A DNA stretch of 7,031 nucleotides from an uncultured archaeon (GCA_964565125.1 CAZMCX010000018.1:4232-11262); one strand, 5' to 3'; numbered from the stretch's first letter, positions 1 through 6,282 are shown. Numbers and translations are program-made. Notes: generated by a model not told the origin, from the sequence alone.

Positions 1-29
1 TTTACAAAATTACTTTCTTGGTTATTCAT
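1..29 (-). CDS. possible 5' end of a CDS running off the left edge (only 9 codons visible: MNNQESNFV...)
   Basis: ATG at 29..27 (minus) is preceded by GGTG (39..36) with a 6-nt spacer. It is co-oriented with lemA and directly downstream of it. Far too short to test by content. Confidence 0.2.
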
Positions 30-53
30 AACAGACACCACAATAAGAAGAAT

Positions 54-79
54 AAAAAAGAATAAGGATAAACCTTATT
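54..79 (-). terminator. putative lemA terminator: 7-bp hairpin followed by a T6 tract
   Basis: Perfect inverted repeat AATAAGG (61-67) / CCTTATT (73-79) with a 5-nt loop, overlapping the lemA stop codon (81..79). On the minus strand it is followed by TTTTTT (59..54). The stem is AT-rich and weak; the oligo-T alone fits archaeal termination. Confidence 0.35.
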
Positions 80-630
80 CAGAATTTCACTTTTACATTT
101 TGTCTTTCTTCTGTTGTTGCTTCAAAATATGTTTGTTTACTTTTTCCAAACAACCCAGCAAATACATTTCCAGGGAATGTCTCAATTATTGTGTTGTAGA
201 ACAAAATTGAATCATTGTAAAACTGTCTTGTGTAAGCAATCTTTGATTCTATATCCGACAATTCTCTTTGTAAATCCAAGAAGTTTGTGTTTGCTTTCAA
301 ATCTGGATAATTCTCTGCCAAAGCAAATATTGATTTCAAAGCATTTGACATCATATCGCTTGCCTTCATTTTTGTCTCAAAAGAACCTGATGCCATCATT
401 TCTTTTCTTGCTTTAGTTATATCTGCAAAAACTTCTTTTTCGTGTTTAGCATATCCTTTAACTGTTTCAATCAAGTTAGGAATCAAGTCATTTCTCTTCT
501 TTAGCTGAACATCTATCTGAGAAAATGCGTTTTCAATTCTATTGCAAAGAACAACAATTCTATTGTAATAATAGATTAGAATTATTATCAGCAATGCAAC
601 AATACCAAGTATAAGCCACAACCACCACAT
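79..630 (-). CDS. lemA: LemA family membrane protein
   Basis: N-terminal TM helix (WWLWLILGIVALLIIILIYYY) followed by the typical LemA core: NRIENAFSQIDVQLKKRNDLIPNLIETVKGYAKHEKEVF, then AENYPDLKANTNFLDLQRELSDIESKIAYTRQFYNDSILFYN. The ORF-track GTG start (639) lies inside an AGGTGA Shine-Dalgarno (641..636). The ATG at 630 sits 5 nt downstream of it, so I call 79..630. Confidence 0.9.
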   Translation of the reverse strand: MWWLWLILGIVALLIIILIYYYNRIVVLCNRIENAFSQIDVQLKKRNDLIPNLIETVKGYAKHEKEVFADITKARKEMMASGSFETKMKASDMMSNALKSIFALAENYPDLKANTNFLDLQRELSDIESKIAYTRQFYNDSILFYNTIIETFPGNVFAGLFGKSKQTYFEATTEERQNVKVKF

Positions 631-639
631 TACAATCAC

Positions 640-729
640 CTGATTATATTATGTACTGAACATTTTTAAATGTATCTTAGTGATGCAAGAAAAAGCAAAA
701 TATATAATATATCTTAAGGTAATTATTAT
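640..729. promoter_or_regulatory. divergent promoter region between lemA (-) and the MBL hydrolase gene (+)
   Basis: T/A-only boxes at TTTTTAAA (663-670) and AAAATATATAATATAT (697-712). The second box starts about 30 nt before the ATG at 730, which fits a leaderless or very short-leader mRNA. Box orientation and use are not determinable by eye. Confidence 0.4.
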
Positions 730-1383
730 ATGCAAGTTACAACTGATGTATTTGTACTATATCCAGAAACAAACAACTTCTCATCAAATACCTATCTAAT
801 TACTGGGAAAGAGCCTTTACTTATAGACCCCGGACTACATAGTAAAGAGCATTTAGGAGCTTTTTTGAAATCACGGGGCTACAAGTTTTCAGATATTAAA
901 AAAATTATCATAACCCATGCACACGCAGACCACTTTGCATCAGGAAAATATTTTCCAAAAGCAACGTTCTTCATCTCTGAACAGGATGGCTTATACCTAA
1001 AAACAAAAGACGACTTTTATACTATATCAGAAGTTTTTGTAAATAAATATTATCCAGACAATTTATCATTTTTAAAAAACGATGAGTACATTGATATTGG
1101 AAGTTCAAAATTTAAGGTGTTAATTACTCCCGGGCACACATCAGGTTCAATTTCCTTATATGACAAGAAAAATGGCATTTTCATTTCTGGGGATGTGCTA
1201 TTCGAAGATAGTTGCGGTCGATTTGATCTTATATCATCAAGCAAAGCAGAGATAATTTCAAGTTTAAAGAAAATCAAAGCGCTTGATTTCAAAATATTAC
1301 TTTCAGGACACGGCTTAGTTTTCAATAGTTCAGAAGAAGCACAGAAAAAAAATTTAGAACAAATTTTAAAACTACTTAGATGA
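730..1383 (+). CDS. MBL-fold metallo-hydrolase (glyoxalase II / beta-lactamase-like superfamily)
   Basis: All five MBL motifs occur in order: LIDPG; THAHADH (HxHxDH, His63 codon at 916); PGHTSGS; SGDVLF; SGHG. Length is 217 aa. The TGA stop is immediately followed by TAA. Confidence 0.9.
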   Translation: MQVTTDVFVLYPETNNFSSNTYLITGKEPLLIDPGLHSKEHLGAFLKSRGYKFSDIKKIIITHAHADHFASGKYFPKATFFISEQDGLYLKTKDDFYTISEVFVNKYYPDNLSFLKNDEYIDIGSSKFKVLITPGHTSGSISLYDKKNGIFISGDVLFEDSCGRFDLISSSKAEIISSLKKIKALDFKILLSGHGLVFNSSEEAQKKNLEQILKLLR

Positions 1384-1387
1384 TAAA

Positions 1388-2368
1388 ATGATTGAAAAAA
1401 TTACGGAATTTTCACACACAAGATTTCAGGAACACATAAAACAAATCCACGACACATTATACAAAGGGCCAAGAAGCAAATTCACAGAAGAAGCTTTTCA
1501 CGAGATTTCCAGACTTATAAAACATTCTACAAAAACCGCAGATTTAGTACAGAAACATATTAATAGCGAGGGTCCATCAAAATTATGGAGTGCATTACTA
1601 CTTTTTAGGCTAATTAGACACCAAAGACATAAAGCAACAAAAATTATTTTCAGAGTTCGAGAAGCAGTTATGAAAAAAGAACAAAAAGCAGAGTTAGAAA
1701 AACAGTTTGGTGGATTTCTTAATCAGATATTATCTTTAGAAAAAATAGCTACAAATCTCGTTATTGATCACATGCCCGGTGTTTTTGGTATAGATACTTT
1801 AATTAAGTTTTTAGATTTACTGGATACTTCAAAAAAAGACCTGATCTTTAGACTAAAAGAAGTACATGACCTCTTTAGAAAATGCAAAGAACTTAGAGAC
1901 CCGCATATCTTGGCTATTATACTCAGATTAACAAAACTAAGTGGATTCAATGAAGAACAAGCAAGGAGATTAATTTCGGAAGTTCTAAGCCATAAAATAA
2001 TTAAAAATTATTCAAAACTTACGCCTGAAGAACAAAAAGAAATAATAGTCCTCATAGTAAATTCAAATAGTCTAGAAGAACTTCATAAAGCGTTAGACTT
2101 AGCACAAGAATTTGGAGTAAAAAAAATAGCAGACATAGTTGGCGTAAACAAATTACTTGTACTAGAGCACCTAATATATTATAACAATGCAGAGTGGGTT
2201 ACACAGAATATTAAAAGATTACGAAATGCAATAGACCCACAAAGAATAACTCCACAAAACATAAAGTGGTTTGTTCAAATCCTAAAATCTGGGCAAAATC
2301 TGACCACTGAAGAAATTATAGGCATAGTAGAACAAATATTCAAAAAACCCGAATTAAGACCAATATAA
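1388..2368 (+). CDS. hypothetical all-alpha-helical protein (326 aa), co-transcribed with the MBL hydrolase
   Basis: Long uninterrupted ORF whose ATG lies 4 nt after the MBL stop. The sequence is helix-rich with recurring [ST/N]-x-E-E helix-start motifs: FTEEAFHEI, FNEEQARRLI, LTPEEQKEII, SLEELHKAL, LTTEEIIGIV. I recognise no family. Confidence 0.7.
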   Translation: MIEKITEFSHTRFQEHIKQIHDTLYKGPRSKFTEEAFHEISRLIKHSTKTADLVQKHINSEGPSKLWSALLLFRLIRHQRHKATKIIFRVREAVMKKEQKAELEKQFGGFLNQILSLEKIATNLVIDHMPGVFGIDTLIKFLDLLDTSKKDLIFRLKEVHDLFRKCKELRDPHILAIILRLTKLSGFNEEQARRLISEVLSHKIIKNYSKLTPEEQKEIIVLIVNSNSLEELHKALDLAQEFGVKKIADIVGVNKLLVLEHLIYYNNAEWVTQNIKRLRNAIDPQRITPQNIKWFVQILKSGQNLTTEEIIGIVEQIFKKPELRPI

Positions 2369-2376
2369 TCTATTAC

Positions 2377-3564
2377 TTATTTTATTAAAAATAATTTATC
2401 TTTTATTCTTGTCCTATCTTTCAATTTAAGACCTACTTTTTCCCCTTTCTTTCCAATCTTTATTGCTTTTCCGTCTTTTTGGATTGAAGTAATTTTCTGC
2501 CTAAAGAAAGTAGTCTTCCCCTCCGCTTGAAGTTCATCTCCAATCCTTACTTCATTTTGTAACTTTAGCTCCGCAACACCTATTTTTACATAATAATTAG
2601 AAACATTACCCAAATAGATTTTGCTTTCGGTTTCTAAAGATGCACCTTGTGTGTGTATACCTTCTTTTCCGGGTGTTGAAAAATAAAATCCCGATGTAAA
2701 GCCCCGATTATAGACAGTACCCAATTCTTTCAGATATGCTTTCTTTTTCTTTTCAGTAAATTTTTTCTCGGCAATATCTTTCAGAGCGGATTTGTAAACT
2801 TTAGCAGTAACATAAACATATTCTGCTGGCTTTGTCCGACCTTCAATCTTCAGTGCTACTGGCCCAAGCCCAACTATTTTATCCAAAAAGCCCATTGTAC
2901 ACAGATCTTTTGAACTAAAGATCGTGTTTCCAACAACATCTAAGTTCTTATCACTTTCTTTCATATAAAATGTCCTACGGCAAACCTGGGTGCATTCTCC
3001 GTTATTTGCACTTTTATCAAAACAATTCAAACTCAAGAAGCATCGCCCAGAAATAGAAACACACATACTCCCGTGGCAAAAAACTTCAATCCCGACTTTT
3101 GTTTTTTTCTTTAACTCTTTTATGTTCTCAATAGAAAGTTCTCTTGCCAAAACAACTCTTTCAACCCCAAACATTTTTTCAATCTGTTCTACGGCTAAGC
3201 TATTACTTATAGACATTTGAGTGCTTACATGTATTGGCAACTTTCTTGCTTTTGCGAGTTTCATTACCGCAAGATCAGAACAAATTATTGCATCTACTTT
3301 TGCCTTCTTTGCTTCTGTCAAAATTTTTCCTACTTTGCCAAGCTCGTTGTCATAAACAATTGAGTTCAAAGTCAGATATGCTTTCATTTTGCTCTTATGG
3401 CAAAAATCAACTACTTTTTTTAATTCAGATAATTCAAAATTTTTTGCAAAGGCACGCAAATTAAAGTCTTTAAGCCCAAAATACACCGCATCAGCCTTAG
3501 CTCTTTTTGCGGCTTGCAAACAAGGCCAATCTCCAACACCCACAAGAACTTCTATTTTTTTCAT
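2377..3564 (-). CDS. U32 family protein (peptidase U32 / Fe-S dependent hydroxylase family)
   Basis: The N-terminus MKKIEVLVGVGDWPCLQAAKRAKADAVYFG is typical of U32. EVFCHGSMCVSISGRCFLS (aa 160-178, nt 3031-3087) matches the U32 signature E-x-F-x-H-G-[SA]-[LIVM]-C-x4-G-x-C-x-[LIVM]-S as I recall it. Further Cys residues lie at 181, 191 and 195. A C-terminal beta-barrel-like tail is present (IGDELQAEGKTTFFRQKITSIQKDGKAIK). GGAG (3575..3572) lies 7 nt upstream of the ATG. Confidence 0.9.
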   Translation of the reverse strand: MKKIEVLVGVGDWPCLQAAKRAKADAVYFGLKDFNLRAFAKNFELSELKKVVDFCHKSKMKAYLTLNSIVYDNELGKVGKILTEAKKAKVDAIICSDLAVMKLAKARKLPIHVSTQMSISNSLAVEQIEKMFGVERVVLARELSIENIKELKKKTKVGIEVFCHGSMCVSISGRCFLSLNCFDKSANNGECTQVCRRTFYMKESDKNLDVVGNTIFSSKDLCTMGFLDKIVGLGPVALKIEGRTKPAEYVYVTAKVYKSALKDIAEKKFTEKKKKAYLKELGTVYNRGFTSGFYFSTPGKEGIHTQGASLETESKIYLGNVSNYYVKIGVAELKLQNEVRIGDELQAEGKTTFFRQKITSIQKDGKAIKIGKKGEKVGLKLKDRTRIKDKLFLIK

Positions 3565-3684
3565 AATTTGTCTCCAGTTAATATTCTAAATCCAGAAGTG
3601 TATTTATTAGTTTCCAAAAATAATAAATCAAATACCTTTTTATACTATACTACCTTATTTTATAAGTAGTTAAGAGGTGGTGCT
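3565..3684. promoter_or_regulatory. divergent promoter and leader region between the U32 gene (-) and the CBS gene (+)
   Basis: Minus strand: TAATAAATA (3609..3601) is about 30 nt upstream of a short leader carrying GGAG. Plus strand: TTTTTATA (3637-3644) and TTTTATAA (3658-3665) precede a strong SD, GAGGTG (3674-3679), 5 nt before the ATG at 3685. Confidence 0.4.
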
Positions 3685-4740
3685 ATGGACTACAAAAACC
3701 TTGTTGAAAAAAACATCTATTTTGTTGAACCAGACGAGTTTTTATCTAAAATAATAACTAAACTAAAAAACGAAAAAGCAGTATTTGTAAAAGACAAAAC
3801 CAGGTTTTATGGGGCAATTTCAAAAAAGAGCTTTATGTTATTAGGGGCAGACCTCTCAAAAATAAAGGTAAAAAACATTGCAAAAAGTGTTCCAGAACTA
3901 AACAAAAAAACTACTCATCAGGCAATGGTGGAAGCATTTGTTGAATCTAATTTAGAAAAACTACCATATTTTGAAAACAAAGACATTATTGGATACATTT
4001 CAAGAAACAAAGTTTTAGAAAACATAGTCTTACCAGAACTAAATGTTACCGTAGAAGAGGTAATGTCAAAAAATATTATTTTCATAAATATAAATGATAA
4101 CATAGCACAAGTTTTGGCATTATTTAAAGAGCATGGAATAAAAAAATTAGTTGCTCTAGATAATGGAGAATTAGCTGGAGTTATAACAATCACAAACATT
4201 TTCAATTATTTTGTAAGCGGAGATAGAATAAATTTAGACAACTTAAGAAACACAAAAGTAAAAAATGTAATGAAAGAAAATATAATTTCAATGGGGCCAA
4301 ACAAGCACATATCAGATGCAATAAAAAAACTAACTGCTGGAAAAACTTCCTCATTAGTTGTACACGAAAACAGAGACATAAAAGGAATTTTAACAAAAAC
4401 AGATATCCTAGAAAAATATTTAGCAACACAAAAGAAACAAAACTTTTCAGTTCAAATAACCTCAAAATTAGATAAACTTCCTACTGATATAATTAACAAG
4501 AAAGTAGAACAGTTAAGTAAATTCTTCAGAGATGACGAAGAGATTCACATCTTTGTACATTTAACACTAGGAAACGAGAAATACAAAGGGTCTCCATTAG
4601 TTCATTGTAGATTGAGAATTGTAAGCCCCAGAAATAGTGAAAACATTTCTGTAGAAGGCTGGGGCCTAGATCAAGCAATTGAGCTTGCAATACAAAAAGT
4701 AAAAAGAAGAATAGTAAAAGAAAGGGACACTTTTTATTAA
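3685..4740 (+). CDS. CBS domain protein (four CBS motifs, two Bateman pairs) with a C-terminal HPF/RaiA-like domain
   Basis: Four CBS-like units at about aa 2-55, 60-114, 121-176 and 190-247. Example: VEEVMSKNIIFININDNIAQVLALFKEHGIKKLVALDNGELAGVITITNIF. The C-terminal aa 253-346 show a beta-alpha-beta-beta-beta-alpha pattern resembling HPF/YfiA. A strong SD lies upstream. Confidence 0.85.
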   Translation: MDYKNLVEKNIYFVEPDEFLSKIITKLKNEKAVFVKDKTRFYGAISKKSFMLLGADLSKIKVKNIAKSVPELNKKTTHQAMVEAFVESNLEKLPYFENKDIIGYISRNKVLENIVLPELNVTVEEVMSKNIIFININDNIAQVLALFKEHGIKKLVALDNGELAGVITITNIFNYFVSGDRINLDNLRNTKVKNVMKENIISMGPNKHISDAIKKLTAGKTSSLVVHENRDIKGILTKTDILEKYLATQKKQNFSVQITSKLDKLPTDIINKKVEQLSKFFRDDEEIHIFVHLTLGNEKYKGSPLVHCRLRIVSPRNSENISVEGWGLDQAIELAIQKVKRRIVKERDTFY

Positions 4741-4760
4741 CCCTTTTTTCCTTATTTTTA
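4741..4760 (+). terminator. oligo-T termination signals after the CBS gene
   Basis: T6 (4744-4749) and T5 (4755-4759) follow directly after the TAA stop at 4738-4740. Confidence 0.4.
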
Positions 4761-4804
4761 TACAAATAGTGAAATGGGCCTGTGTTAGTCAGACAAATAA
4801 AGCC

Positions 4805-4813
4805 AAAAAAAAA
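4805..4813 (-). terminator. T9 tract downstream of the 475-aa gene
   Basis: The A9 run on the plus strand (4805-4813) reads as T9 on the minus strand, about 33 nt after the TAA stop (4848..4846). Confidence 0.4.
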
Positions 4814-4845
4814 TCAGGAAATATTTTTACGGCTTATAAAGAAAT

Positions 4846-6273
4846 TTACATATTAGATAAAGTTGGTCTTAACATAATTCTTTGTGGGCTTGAGTTCCCA
4901 ATTTTTAGAACAATATCATTAGGATCAATTACATTAATCTGGGCAGACTTATATTTCTGCAAATTATCATTTAGGTCTGCAGCATCTGTTGCAGAGATTG
5001 CAAAATAACAATTAAAAGAAAGCAAAGAGTTTGTTATTTCATTTTGAATAGAGTTTGTTGACTTAGGACAAAATTTCCATCCATCAGTCAAAACAACACA
5101 GACATTATCTACAGATCCTAACAGGCTTAAAATATTCTGAACTATCAATGCTTTTTCTACATCATTTCCAGTTATTGTAATCAAGGTAATTTTTCCAATT
5201 TTATTGGCCACAACTTTCTGAACACTTATTACATCTACCTTTCCGACAAATAAATTAGGATACATTAGATTCAAAGTCTGTGCCATTCTTTTTGCAAGGT
5301 AAATATCATATTCTTTTAACTGTTCATCAGGGCTCACTTTCTGGATTGCTGAAATTAGGTCTGTTATTTTTTCTGGATTGGATTCATATGCCCTCTTAAA
5401 AATTTCTTTATATTCTTTTACGATTCCAAATAATTCACAAAAACTATCAATAGAAATAAGTGATAAATCAACATGCAAATCAGAATTTTCAGAGCCATCA
5501 TACATCAAGTTCTCTATTGGAAATCCTGTTGGTTCTGAATTTGAGTTAAAAGCTTTTACTTCTTTGGGGTGCGGGTTCGCAGACTTAAGGCCAGAAAAAA
5601 TATTCTCAAAATCAAATACAATTACAGGTATTGCACTTAATGAAAACTCTTCTATAAAATCATAGAGCATCTTTTTTTGATTTTCTTTTGCCCCAAATAT
5701 CATTGTTTTTCTAAATGCGTCTAATTCATCAGATGAAAACTCTTCGGAAGATTTATATTTCCCAAAAGAAATCATATGCCCAAAGTTAAGCCTTACATCG
5801 TCTATTTTTTGTAATTCTTCTGGCCTCCTTAAAGTTTTAAAAATATTTAAAGGGTTTATGAAAAACATATTTTGTATTTCTTTACTTGATTCATGCAAAT
5901 CCGTTATTTTTATGTCATAAGTATCTGCAATATCTAAAACTATTTTTCTGGTTTTCGCCAACATTTGTATTTGTTTAGTTATCTCTCGATCCATTTCAAC
6001 TTTACCAACATCAATAATTGTAGAAGGCACAGTTAAACAGAAAAACTTTCTAGTACTTTTTGAATTATGCATTAAGTATAGCATATTGTCTTTGGGCAAA
6101 GTTTCTGCAAATGATTCTAAATCTCCATCTGCAGATCCAACATAAACAACATTTAAAACAAGAGATTTTTTATCAGAACTATATAGTTCGGACAAGATAA
6201 AACTATCTAAAATAGACACTTTAAGATCATGTTGGTCATAGATTCCTTGAAATAATACTGCCCACTCTGCCAT
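4846..6273 (-). CDS. hypothetical protein; HerA/FtsK-superfamily (DUF87-like) fold suspected, with degenerate Walker A/B (putative pseudo-ATPase)
   Basis: Long clean ORF. Three segments line up by eye with the HerA P-loop, Walker B and Arg-finger/QRP blocks but lack the catalytic residues: MIFGAKENQKKMLYDFIEEFSLSAIPVIVFDFENIFSGL, VCVVLTDGWKFCP and FAISATDAADLNDNL. The ORF-track start is a GTG at 6282. I prefer the ATG at 6273, which lies 27 nt downstream of the start of TTTATATA (6300..6293) with no SD, i.e. leaderless-like. Confidence 0.7.
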   Translation of the reverse strand: MAEWAVLFQGIYDQHDLKVSILDSFILSELYSSDKKSLVLNVVYVGSADGDLESFAETLPKDNMLYLMHNSKSTRKFFCLTVPSTIIDVGKVEMDREITKQIQMLAKTRKIVLDIADTYDIKITDLHESSKEIQNMFFINPLNIFKTLRRPEELQKIDDVRLNFGHMISFGKYKSSEEFSSDELDAFRKTMIFGAKENQKKMLYDFIEEFSLSAIPVIVFDFENIFSGLKSANPHPKEVKAFNSNSEPTGFPIENLMYDGSENSDLHVDLSLISIDSFCELFGIVKEYKEIFKRAYESNPEKITDLISAIQKVSPDEQLKEYDIYLAKRMAQTLNLMYPNLFVGKVDVISVQKVVANKIGKITLITITGNDVEKALIVQNILSLLGSVDNVCVVLTDGWKFCPKSTNSIQNEITNSLLSFNCYFAISATDAADLNDNLQKYKSAQINVIDPNDIVLKIGNSSPQRIMLRPTLSNM

Positions 6274-6282
6274 ACAATTCAC

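Noticed and set aside
114-416. 100-aa ORF on the plus strand
   Set aside because: It lies entirely antisense to the well-supported lemA gene. The sequence is low-complexity and Leu/Phe/Ser-rich, typical of shadow ORFs in AT-rich DNA.
683-802. 39-codon ORF beginning at the ATG of TAGTGATG in the lemA/MBL spacer
   Set aside because: It is out of frame with the MBL gene, overlaps its 5' end, and gives a short, Ile/Tyr/Leu-rich product. There is no support beyond the upstream motif.
1050-1950. 91-aa (1050..1325) and 60-aa (1768..1950) minus-strand ORFs
   Set aside because: Both are antisense shadows inside the MBL gene and the 326-aa gene. Neither has start-site signals or recognisable motifs.
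2990-3589. Three plus-strand ORFs of 66-76 aa (2990..3220, 3234..3464, 3389..3589)
   Set aside because: All are antisense to the U32 gene, which has an exact family signature. Their Leu/Phe/Ser-rich composition indicates shadow frames.
3918-4765. Three minus-strand ORFs of 79-95 aa (3918..4205, 4202..4465, 4526..4765)
   Set aside because: All are antisense to the CBS gene. They are hydrophobic, low-complexity translations of the complement of Lys/Glu-rich codons.
4632-4774. Identical 11-mer AAATAGTGAAA at 4632-4642 (coding) and 4764-4774 (spacer)
   Set aside because: A rough estimate gives tens of chance 11-mer repeats in 7 kb at this base composition. There is no flanking similarity.
4769-5008. 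79-aa plus-strand ORF starting at a GTG in the convergent spacer
   Set aside because: It runs antisense into the 3' end of the 475-aa gene, has a GTG start, lacks an SD, and has an implausible composition. The promoter-like element in front of it is kept only as a low-interest finding (possible ncRNA).
5185-5211. P-loop look-alike VANKIGKIT in the 475-aa protein
   Set aside because: The spacing is A-x3-G-K-I, not [AG]-x4-G-K-[ST]. It also lies in the wrong position relative to the other HerA-like blocks.
5378-5665. 95-aa plus-strand ORF
   Set aside because: Antisense shadow within the 475-aa gene.
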